From a virus, in IMG/VR virus record IMGVR_UViG_3300042402_003388, positions 1-64,000 of that record: a stretch of DNA of 64,000 bases; one strand, written 5' to 3'. Position numbers and translations under genes: made by a program. This document shows, one piece after another, positions 55,921 to 64,000 of this stretch. The notes beneath the pieces are model-generated. The model ran no database searches, had not been told where the DNA came from, and saw only the letters and a program-made list of their open reading frames with translations. How positions within the stretch are numbered: position 1 is the stretch's first letter; every line of letters starts with the position of its first letter.

Positions 55921-56572
55921 GATAGATAACAATTTTAAAGGTAATGTGTGGATTTTTTCGGACCCACATTACAATCACAAAAATATATGTCGTGGTACGA
56001 CAAACTGGCGTATGCCAGACGGTTCAATCCCAATCTCGCAAACTCGTGATTTTGAATCATTGGACAAAATGAACGCGTCAATCGTTAACAACATTAACGA
56101 AAATGTAATGCAAGACGATATCTTGATTTGTCTTGGAGATTGGAGTTTTGGTGGATTTGAATCTATCAAAGAATTTTGGGACCGAATCGTTTGTAAAAAC
56201 ATTCACCTTATTCTTGGCAACCACGACCACCATATTGAAAACAACCGACAAGGATGCCAGGGTTATTTCTTGAGTGTTAGTCACTATAACACTTTGAAAA
56301 TTGCCGAACACACATTTCGTTTGATGCACTACCCAATTAGTTCTTGGGACGGTTTAAATAAAGGGGTTATGCACCTTCACGGGCACTGTCACTTACCGAC
56401 TAGTTTGAGATTTGGTAAAGGACAACGTATGGATGTGGGGATGGACGGACACCCTGAGTTCCGACCTTACAATATTATGAGAGAAGTAGTTCCATTATTA
56501 CGTCACAGAGATAAAGTGTCTGAAATGGATAACGACCATCACACAGATGAACTAAAGGGGGTTGTAGGATAA
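55913..56572 (+). CDS. calcineurin-like phosphoesterase
   Basis: SDPH; LGD; GNHD; HYP; HGHCH; DVGMD. Confidence 0.88.
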   Translation: MIKIDNNFKGNVWIFSDPHYNHKNICRGTTNWRMPDGSIPISQTRDFESLDKMNASIVNNINENVMQDDILICLGDWSFGGFESIKEFWDRIVCKNIHLILGNHDHHIENNRQGCQGYFLSVSHYNTLKIAEHTFRLMHYPISSWDGLNKGVMHLHGHCHLPTSLRFGKGQRMDVGMDGHPEFRPYNIMREVVPLLRHRDKVSEMDNDHHTDELKGVVG

Positions 56573-56790
56573 TGGCTTGTAAAGAATGTCCTTGGGTTGT
56601 GAGGAATAAACATAATGATATGATTGTGGGGGTCTCCAAAAGATTGGACAAACCCCACAACTGTCATATGAAAAATGGTGGAAAAGAACTTTGGAATATA
56701 AACGAAAAAACTAAATGTGATGGGAGGAAAGAATACGAGAAAGACCGTGATTCACGAGGAACTCAACGAGAAACAACAGAAAATGTATGA
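56572..56790 (+). CDS. small Cys/His metal-binding protein
   Basis: CKECPW..H.CHM..C. Confidence 0.55.
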   Translation: MACKECPWVVRNKHNDMIVGVSKRLDKPHNCHMKNGGKELWNINEKTKCDGRKEYEKDRDSRGTQRETTENV

Positions 56791-56938
56791 TGAGTGGTTA
56801 TCACACATTAAAGCGATTTATGGTGAATATGGACATTTCACTTGGAAAATAAGTCCAACAGGTATTGGTAGTGGTATTGTGGTTTATAGTCACCATACCA
56901 GAACAGAATTGGATTTAACCGACGTTGATAGTTGGTAA
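56717..56938 (+). CDS. hypothetical protein
   Basis: PTGIG...LDLTDVDSW motif; start uncertain. Confidence 0.6.
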   Translation: MMGGKNTRKTVIHEELNEKQQKMYDEWLSHIKAIYGEYGHFTWKISPTGIGSGIVVYSHHTRTELDLTDVDSW

Positions 56939-56965
56939 TTAAAAAAAAAGTATTACCTTTGTAGA

Positions 56966-58048
56966 ATGTTAGAAAGATTGAACAAATATTATGAGGATGA
57001 GTTGGTGCAAAAACAAGTGCACCCTACACTTCCTTTGACTATATGGAACTACACTCCAAAAGTTCAATACGGTGAAGGTAATAACCAATATAAATTTTGG
57101 GATGAAATCACAAAACAATGTCGTGGATTGGTCACCGACAATGAAGGTAATGTAGTTGCAAGACCATTTAAGAAATTCTTTAACATAGAAGAAAAACAAC
57201 ATACTCCAACTGAAGAGTTTGATGTCTATGAAAAAATGGATGGTTCTTTAGGTATCCTATTCAACTATAAAGGTGAGTGGATTCTTGCAACTCGAGGTTC
57301 TTTTACTTCTGACCAATCAGTTAAAGGTACTGAGTTACTTCAGAAATACGATTATGACAGATTGAATCCTGATTACACTTATTTGTTTGAGATAATATAT
57401 CCTGAGAATAGGATAGTTTGTACTTACGATTTTGAGGATTTGGTGTTGTTAGGAATGATACATACTCAAAGTGGTTATGAAGTTAATATCCACTCAGGTA
57501 ATGATGAGGACGTTAGATTCAAAAATCTTTTGAATAACTTGGGATTCAATATCGTTAGGAAGTATGATGGTATATCGGACTACACTTACTTAAAACACGC
57601 AATTGCCGACAATAAAGAGGGATTTGTTGTTCGATTCACTAATGGAGATAGAATGAAGATAAAAGGGGAGGAATACCTTCGTCTTCATAAGATAATGACT
57701 AACCTATCCACTACAGGTGTTTGGGAAGTATTGAGTACTGGTGGTAAAATGGAGGATTACTTGAAGGATGTTCCTGATGAGTTCTACAAAAAAGTTAAAA
57801 TGTACGTTCAAGATTTAAATTATAACTTCTATCGTTATTCTGAATATGCTGGTAAAGTACACGATTATTTTAGATACGGTAAGTATGGTGATAGGGAAGT
57901 TGAACCAACTAAAAAAGAATTTGCGGAACATTTGGTTAATTGTGAGGTACACCCTAAAGTAAAATCTATCTGTTTTGCAATGTGGGATAGAAAACCATAT
58001 GACCATATTATATGGAATCTAGTTAAACCTAAGTTTGAAAAGCTTTAA
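56966..58048 (+). CDS. RNA ligase (T4 Rnl1-like)
   Basis: CRGL; ARPFKKFFN; EKMDGS; TRGSF; FEII; EGFVV; KIKG..Y. Confidence 0.9.
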   Translation: MLERLNKYYEDELVQKQVHPTLPLTIWNYTPKVQYGEGNNQYKFWDEITKQCRGLVTDNEGNVVARPFKKFFNIEEKQHTPTEEFDVYEKMDGSLGILFNYKGEWILATRGSFTSDQSVKGTELLQKYDYDRLNPDYTYLFEIIYPENRIVCTYDFEDLVLLGMIHTQSGYEVNIHSGNDEDVRFKNLLNNLGFNIVRKYDGISDYTYLKHAIADNKEGFVVRFTNGDRMKIKGEEYLRLHKIMTNLSTTGVWEVLSTGGKMEDYLKDVPDEFYKKVKMYVQDLNYNFYRYSEYAGKVHDYFRYGKYGDREVEPTKKEFAEHLVNCEVHPKVKSICFAMWDRKPYDHIIWNLVKPKFEKL

Positions 58049-58119
58049 AATACGACATTATGTCGTATTTTTTTTTATATTAGAATATTTATTAAACATA
58101 AAACAAAAATTATCAATTG

Positions 58120-58725
58120 ATGTCGAGTGAAGTAATCGTAGCATTTATTACGGGGGTATTAGGACCCGTAGTTCTTTTATACTTGAAGAGTAAGTTAGAA
58201 AAGAAAAAGGAAAAACCTGATATGGTAAAAGAAGCCTTAGAAGTTAGTGAATTAGTTAGCTCAAAAATTGACCATATTCGTGAGGAATTTAAACCTGATA
58301 GAGTTTGGGTCGCCCAATTCCATAATGGAGGTCATTTTTATCCTACGGGGAAATCAATGGCTAAATTCAGTATTATCTACGAAACTGTTAGTCAAGGTGC
58401 AACATCAATCCAAAGTAATTTCCAAAATATACCAGTTAATTTATTTAGTAAATCTATAAATCAGTTATTAGAAAACGATGTAATTGAAATACCTGACTTC
58501 AAAGACGAGTCAATCGCCACTTATGGTTTAAAATATATTGCGGAAGAATCAGGATGTAAATCAGGTTATTTATTTGCAATTCACACCATTGATGATAAAT
58601 TCATTGGAATCTTAGGGTTGGATTATACAAAAAGAAAAACAAAACTTGATATGGAATCTATTAATCACCTTTTAGTTCACGCAACATCTATGGGTGGTGT
58701 ACTAATGGGCCACTTAAATAAGTAA
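58120..58725 (+). CDS. N-terminal TM + GAF-like domain protein (possible holin)
   Basis: TM helix; DRVWVAQFHNGG..KFS..YE; IGILGLDY. Confidence 0.6.
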   Translation: MSSEVIVAFITGVLGPVVLLYLKSKLEKKKEKPDMVKEALEVSELVSSKIDHIREEFKPDRVWVAQFHNGGHFYPTGKSMAKFSIIYETVSQGATSIQSNFQNIPVNLFSKSINQLLENDVIEIPDFKDESIATYGLKYIAEESGCKSGYLFAIHTIDDKFIGILGLDYTKRKTKLDMESINHLLVHATSMGGVLMGHLNK

Positions 58726-59505
58726 TTACATAAATTCGGATAGACTATCAAAAAATCCTGAATAAAGAATTCTCCCATTACCGTAAACAAGTTGTTCACT
58801 CACTTCTTCATCACTAATTTCTAATAGTTGTGTAGTATCCGCAAATTTACTATTAATAGACTCGCTTTGACCCTCATCAACCCCTGTCGAATCAACCGAC
58901 AATAAAAATGTTTTTTTAGAGTTAAATTCGGGGTCCAAAGTATTATTCCTCAATAATTTTTGTTCTAATGTAGTTTTAAGTTGGGTATCATATGAAATAT
59001 AATATCCAATGTCATACGGAACGTAATCTTCTGTATCATTATATCCTTGGCCATCACAATAATTACATTCTTCGTTACCCTCACCACTACAATTATTACA
59101 TTCGACTTTACCACCACCTTGACATTCGTGACAAGAATCCCCCTCTTCATCTTCTCCTGAACCATCACATTCGTCACAATCTACTTCACCTAAACCGTCA
59201 CACGATGTACACTCGTAGTTACCATCCCCCATACAATATTCACAATCAATAGTTTGTTCATTACTTCCAAATTCTACTGTAGAAAATACAAAAAGATTAT
59301 TATCAAGTTGAGACATCATTTCTCTGGGGTCTTCATTATTTGATATTTTTTTGGTAATAAAAACTAATTTAACCAATTCAATTGGAGTTAACATACTTTT
59401 AAATGGTAACGATTTGTTAGTTAAGATTTCTTTATATATTCCTTCTAACGTAATGTTTTTTTGAATGAATGGTTGAACGGCTTTTGCAAATGCGATTAGT
59501 TTCAT
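58726..59505 (-). CDS. protein with DnaJ-type CxxCxGxG zinc-finger repeats
   Basis: six CxxCxGxG units. Confidence 0.8.
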   Translation of the reverse strand: MKLIAFAKAVQPFIQKNITLEGIYKEILTNKSLPFKSMLTPIELVKLVFITKKISNNEDPREMMSQLDNNLFVFSTVEFGSNEQTIDCEYCMGDGNYECTSCDGLGEVDCDECDGSGEDEEGDSCHECQGGGKVECNNCSGEGNEECNYCDGQGYNDTEDYVPYDIGYYISYDTQLKTTLEQKLLRNNTLDPEFNSKKTFLLSVDSTGVDEGQSESINSKFADTTQLLEISDEEVSEQLVYGNGRILYSGFFDSLSEFM

Positions 59506-59546
59506 CGTTGTTTTAATTTAATTATAAATACCAGTATTTATAACAT

Positions 59547-60260
59547 ATGGTAGCAGGTTTAGAAAAAATACTTAAACACTTTATAAATGGAAAAGAATAT
59601 TCTCCAGGTTTGATTGTTAATATTATCAGTGTTGAATCTGATATGTACGACAATGTCAGAGTTGTGTTTGATGTTGATAACGTTGGAGATGTTCCATATA
59701 ATCTATTAATAGTCGGTGTTAACTTAAGGAGTGAAGTTGAAAAATTATCAGAATACATATCATTCGAACCTAACCATATTTATGTGAGTTACGTTGGTCA
59801 GAAAAAAGGTATTCAGGATGTATTTCATATACAAGGTTCTGAGGTTCCATTTAGTGAAATATTTTATTTAACGAAATCGTTCAAATCAGAATTACTACAT
59901 AACCTACAAGATATTACTCAATTACCTGTTGGATACCATCACGGAAAAAAAGAACATCTTAAAATATTTGGAAAGTTTATACCAAGAATAGGTGTTAGTG
60001 ATTTTAGAGATGAACTATTTTTAGATTTAACATTTAGAGTTAAGGATACTGAACCTAAAATAGAATATGATTTGCAACAATTAGAGGGAGACGTGGATGA
60101 AGAACTTATTCAAGAAGGATTTCCAGAATATAAACGTATTCGAGAGGCGTTATCAGAAACTTTCGATAAATGGCCAAGAAACTTTTACTTTGATGATTCG
60201 GGAATTGATTTACCGTATTGGATGGAAGAAGTCTTTAGAGTATCAATAAGTTTAGTTTAA
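59547..60260 (+). CDS. hypothetical late protein
   Basis: TATTTATA upstream. Confidence 0.7.
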   Translation: MVAGLEKILKHFINGKEYSPGLIVNIISVESDMYDNVRVVFDVDNVGDVPYNLLIVGVNLRSEVEKLSEYISFEPNHIYVSYVGQKKGIQDVFHIQGSEVPFSEIFYLTKSFKSELLHNLQDITQLPVGYHHGKKEHLKIFGKFIPRIGVSDFRDELFLDLTFRVKDTEPKIEYDLQQLEGDVDEELIQEGFPEYKRIREALSETFDKWPRNFYFDDSGIDLPYWMEEVFRVSISLV

Positions 60261-60277
60261 AACAAATATTTAATAAT

Positions 60278-60865
60278 ATGAAACATAATTTAATAGAAGA
60301 AATTAAAAGAAATAGAGAATTAATGAATATCAATGAATCAGACATTGATGGTATTGATGAGTTAGTTTATAATCCTGCAACCAAAACAGGTGGTGAGATA
60401 GGTCACGGATATGACCACGGTACAAGAATTAACGGAATCACTTGGTCAGGACACGAAGACCATTTACATATTGGGTTTACCGATAGAGATGTTGCGATAA
60501 AGGTAATCGATAAAGCAGATAGTATGGGACTAAGAACAACTGAAAACCCTTACGCTAAAAAAGACCCAAATGGTAAGGTCGATAACGTACATACCACAGG
60601 TAGTTTTCATTATAAAACATTTCCAGGGGAACCTGAAGTAGGTGCTGGTGTTGATATTAGTGGTAATGAGGAAAAAATAGTAGAATTAATTATGTGGATT
60701 GAGGAGGAATACGCAAATGGTGATTATAAAATTAATTATAGAACAGATGATGACGCGAATCTGTTATCCAAAATAATGGATTATAAAGTTGGGGATACTA
60801 CACTCAAAGATTTGGTATCAAATGCCTCGACAGGAATTAAAGATTTTTTTTCAAAATTAGTATAA
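60278..60865 (+). CDS. M15/LAS-like zinc peptidase, apparently permuted
   Basis: HEDHLHIGF precedes GSFHY..GVDIS; LIEEIKR..INE leader. Confidence 0.5.
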   Translation: MKHNLIEEIKRNRELMNINESDIDGIDELVYNPATKTGGEIGHGYDHGTRINGITWSGHEDHLHIGFTDRDVAIKVIDKADSMGLRTTENPYAKKDPNGKVDNVHTTGSFHYKTFPGEPEVGAGVDISGNEEKIVELIMWIEEEYANGDYKINYRTDDDANLLSKIMDYKVGDTTLKDLVSNASTGIKDFFSKLV

Positions 60866-60913
60866 CAAAAAAACCCTCCAATTGGAGGGTTTATTATTTG
60901 GGCTCAGTAATAA

Positions 60914-61078
60914 TTATTTTACTGATGTAGTGTCAACTTTTGTTGAATCTACAACCATTTTAGTAGTGTCAGTTGAAACTGCAGTTGAATCAACACTAGT
61001 TCCTTCTGTTTTAGAAGCGTTACCACCACAAGATGATAAAATTGCTACTACTCCGATTGCGAAAAATACTTTTTTCAT
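60914..61078 (-). CDS. 54-aa lipoprotein with four D-(S/T)-T O-glycosylation motifs (below ORF-track cutoff)
   Basis: MKKVFFAIGVVAILSSCGGNASKTEGTSVDSTAVSTDTTKMVVDSTKVDTTSVK. Confidence 0.8.
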   Translation of the reverse strand: MKKVFFAIGVVAILSSCGGNASKTEGTSVDSTAVSTDTTKMVVDSTKVDTTSVK

Positions 61079-61199
61079 TGTCTGATTTTTGTTTTTAGTT
61101 AAGATTTATTGTTTAAATTAGAATATAAATATAGTTTATTAATTTAAATTTGTCAATGGGTTAAAAAATAAGGGACGATTAAATCCCTTATTTTTTTAA

Positions 61200-61585
61200 T
61201 GGTGGAGATGGAGAGATTCGAACTCTCGTCTTGTTCACTTTACATATAAGTGACTACACGTTTAGGTCAACATTTTCTAATGTTCCGAAATTCACAATTC
61301 CCTTATTTTATAGTGGTTCGGTTTACTGAGAACTAATCCTCCACTTGTTTCTTTTCAGATAGAAACCACACCTATAAAGACTTCTGTTCCTAGGTTATAA
61401 GTCCGCCGACCCGAATGTTTTTGTGCTTACGCTACAGAAACAAGCTCATCTTGTTTAACAAGACCTAATAGAGCCATTTTGTCTAAAACGTTGCCGTTTA
61501 CAGTTTTGAATCAGTTTTTACGGAATTAATTCAGTTCCGACGTGCCACCGATACGCAACAATGCCAATCGATTCCATTCATCCCC
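61200..61585 (-). ncRNA. ssrA: tmRNA
   Basis: GGGGATG/CATCTCC-ACCA with G3:U, T arm GAGAG-TTCGAAT-CTCTC, internal tag ORF 61495-61427. Confidence 0.93.
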
Positions 61586-61590
61586 ATATT

Positions 61591-61600
61591 TTCAAAGAAC
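61591..61600 (-). promoter_or_regulatory. boxA-like element
   Basis: GTTCTTTGAA between TATCTTTG promoter and tmRNA. Confidence 0.6.
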
Positions 61601-61669
61601 ATTACAAAGATACGATTTGTTTTTTAAATATCCAAATGTTCGTTGTATTTATTGTTAAAGTAAATATAG

Positions 61670-62698
61670 ATGAAAATACTAAAAGAGTCAAACCCTGATT
61701 GGTTATATATGCAATTACATATGTTTAAGAGGGGATTAATTGATGGTAAAGGGTTAAACGATGAGTTAATATTCAATGTTAGAGATAACGGAATTATAAC
61801 TTTGAAGTTTGATAATGACGAACAATATTTTAGATTGTTTGACCTATCAGATGATGATATTTGGTTTTTAAATAATTTATACTCATCATATGGAAACTTA
61901 GAATTGTTTGACAGTTATAGAGCCGAGGAAGATTGGAACGAAGGGTACGTTTTCCCTTATTTTAATGACGAGAATAAAGAATTAATGGAGGAGATTAAAA
62001 GATTAATTGCTCCAAATCTAAACTTACAGGATGATGGTCAGGCGGTAGAATTTTGTAGATTACTCAATGACTTATTTAGTAAAAGAGTTGATTACATTAT
62101 TGGTGATTATGAGGTTGAGATGGACTCAGGGATGAAGAACTCTATGGAAAAGGAAATCACTAATGAATTGTGTGACATTTTTTTAGAAAACGGTATTCAT
62201 AATACTCAAGGGTGTTTTTATAAGTATATGACAACTGTTGACGCCATAATTAAATTGTATGATAAGTATGGTGATAAAAATAGTGATTTATTAACGTTAT
62301 TAGGTAAGGTCGGTCACGATAAATCGGTTGACGGTGATTATTGGAGTAATATGTACGAATATATGGGTACTAATGAATTTGATTCCGAATCGTTTAATAG
62401 AAGTACAAAATACCAATTAGAGTCTATCATATCCGATATGGAGGATGATGATAAATTTACTAATTTAGATGAGTATAAAAAAATTGTATCACAAATCACT
62501 AAAAAATTCAAGTATAATGTTTGGTACGGTAGACCAAAAGATGAAAATAAAATGATGTTCAAAGTCATAAGAATAAATCCTGAAAACAATAAAATTGAAA
62601 TTGAATATAAGAAAAAAGGTACTATGGATTTTAATAGAGGAAATTACGATTTAGAACAATTTAATAATTTTTTATATCATCCAGAGTTGTTTGATTAA
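61670..62698 (+). CDS. hypothetical late protein
   Basis: 342-aa acidic ORF, TATTTAT upstream. Confidence 0.75.
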   Translation: MKILKESNPDWLYMQLHMFKRGLIDGKGLNDELIFNVRDNGIITLKFDNDEQYFRLFDLSDDDIWFLNNLYSSYGNLELFDSYRAEEDWNEGYVFPYFNDENKELMEEIKRLIAPNLNLQDDGQAVEFCRLLNDLFSKRVDYIIGDYEVEMDSGMKNSMEKEITNELCDIFLENGIHNTQGCFYKYMTTVDAIIKLYDKYGDKNSDLLTLLGKVGHDKSVDGDYWSNMYEYMGTNEFDSESFNRSTKYQLESIISDMEDDDKFTNLDEYKKIVSQITKKFKYNVWYGRPKDENKMMFKVIRINPENNKIEIEYKKKGTMDFNRGNYDLEQFNNFLYHPELFD

Positions 62699-62736
62699 AT
62701 TATTTTACTTATCTTTGTGTCTAATATACTAAAATT

Positions 62737-63567
62737 ATGGCAAGAGATTTGCAGTTACTTAAGGAGGTACTTTCAGTTCCTACCTACACATATCAAGAAG
62801 ATTTAATGGTTCAATTTATTGTTGATTGGTTGAAGTCTAATAATATTGAACACTACGTTGATGAACATTTAAATGTTTATGCGATAAAACAAACAGGTGA
62901 ACTACCTGAAGACTTTATGTTCCCTTGCGTTGTTGCACATACAGACACTGTTCACAAGTTAGACACTATTAACGTTAGAGAAGAAATGTTACCTAATTCT
63001 AATGGTGATTTAAAACTTTCGTTAAAAGCGTATAATGATAATGGATTACCAACAGGGATAGGTGGGGATGATAAATGTGGTGTATTTGCCTGTTTTGAAT
63101 TATTAAAAGAACTTCCAAATCTTAAAGCCGCGTTTTTTGTATCTGAAGAAACAGGTTGTCACGGTTCAAAAATGGCGGACCCAAGTTTTTTTACTAACGT
63201 TGGATACGCAATTCAATTCGACGCACCTGAAAATTGGATGGTAACTGAAACTTGTTATGGTGCAAGATTATTTGACAGGGAGGGTGAATTCTTTGAGAAA
63301 TGTAACAAAGTCATTACTGAAAGTATGAATGAGAAACGTGAATATATGATACACCCATACACAGACGTTTACGCATTAAAGACTAAGTTTGATTTCTCCT
63401 GTATTAACTTCTCAATTGGATATTATCGATACCATACTAATCAAGAATATGTTGTTGTCGAGGATACTTTTAACGGTATTGAAATGGGTAAACAAATGAT
63501 AGAGTTATTAGGTTATAAAAAATATACCCACGAACCCCAAAAATCATCAACATTTAGATATTGGTAA
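62737..63567 (+). CDS. M20/M28 family zinc peptidase
   Basis: VAHTDTVH; GGDDKCG; SEETG; YTDV; SIGYY.YHT. Confidence 0.85.
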   Translation: MARDLQLLKEVLSVPTYTYQEDLMVQFIVDWLKSNNIEHYVDEHLNVYAIKQTGELPEDFMFPCVVAHTDTVHKLDTINVREEMLPNSNGDLKLSLKAYNDNGLPTGIGGDDKCGVFACFELLKELPNLKAAFFVSEETGCHGSKMADPSFFTNVGYAIQFDAPENWMVTETCYGARLFDREGEFFEKCNKVITESMNEKREYMIHPYTDVYALKTKFDFSCINFSIGYYRYHTNQEYVVVEDTFNGIEMGKQMIELLGYKKYTHEPQKSSTFRYW

Positions 63568-63620
63568 AATAAACCCCTTCAGAAACGGAGGGGTTTTTTA
63601 TTTTAAGTCTATTTATTAGT

Positions 63621-63839
63621 ATGAAGTATTTTATACGATATACACTTTCTTGGGTTTCTCAAAATTTATCAATACCATTTTGGGTTGTTGGACATATTCA
63701 TTTAACTATGAACATATATGACGACATTTATGAAATATTGGCATCTTTAGGAATGAATATTATCGTTGGGTTAGGGTTTTATTTAGATTATATTGATTAT
63801 CAAAAAGATAAAATAAAGAATAAAAAAAAGGGGTTTTAA
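63621..63839 (+). CDS. small membrane protein
   Basis: 72-aa hydrophobic ORF. Confidence 0.6.
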   Translation: MKYFIRYTLSWVSQNLSIPFWVVGHIHLTMNIYDDIYEILASLGMNIIVGLGFYLDYIDYQKDKIKNKKKGF

Positions 63840-64000
63840 ACCCCTTTTTTCTTTTTAGTTTGTACTGTTACATTTTCCCCATCCTCGGTAATAAGAACAT
63901 ATTTAACCTCTTCTTTAAGATTACCTTTAAGAACCTCCTCAGAGATATAATCTTCGACTTTATCCTGAATTGCTCTCTTCAAAGGACGAGCCCCATACAT
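63836..64000 (-). CDS. C-terminal fragment of ClpC/ClpB-type AAA+ ATPase (runs off window)
   Basis: YGARPLKRAIQDKVED sensor-2 motif. Confidence 0.85.
   Translation of the reverse strand: MYGARPLKRAIQDKVEDYISEEVLKGNLKEEVKYVLITEDGENVTVQTKKKKGV

Noticed and set aside
60882-61085. 67-aa + strand ORF
   Set aside because: Antisense shadow of the minus-strand lipoprotein 60914..61078.
1-64000. Stop-codon reassignment as in some large Bacteroidota phages
   Set aside because: Genes are intact and densely packed under code 11, TAG and TGA end real genes, and no suppressor tRNA was found.

Overview
AT-rich, gene-dense segment of a large tailed dsDNA phage (jumbo/mega-phage-like). The host is most likely Bacteroidota, from TTTG-N19/20-TAnnTTTG promoters, a T9SS C-terminal sorting domain and D-S/T-x O-glycosylation motifs. 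The standard genetic code is used. Bases 1-40 kb hold mostly late genes behind a TATTTAT(A/T) motif, many with shared N-terminal leaders ending in (I/L)-x-E. They also include lysis enzymes and a secreted cohesin/dockerin-CsgG-lectin operon. Bases 40-64 kb form a translation-support region: 28 tRNA genes covering all 20 amino acids, a tmRNA, clpP, the end of a ClpC/B ATPase, RNA-repair enzymes, two glycosyl/methyltransferase islands and many unexplained structured RNAs and tRNA-like elements. Main finding: each of the two big tRNA arrays is preceded by an unannotated short leader ORF, an antiterminator/terminator pair and a boxA. The sensing codons of each leader match, down to the isoacceptor, the tRNA species of its own downstream array. 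This suggests multi-tRNA-sensing ribosome-mediated attenuators that switch on phage tRNAs when host tRNAs are depleted. A third leader/attenuator lies upstream of the Leu-tRNA/clpP unit and has a 21-nt perfect complement in a candidate small RNA 15 kb away. All calls are by eye; no searches were run.
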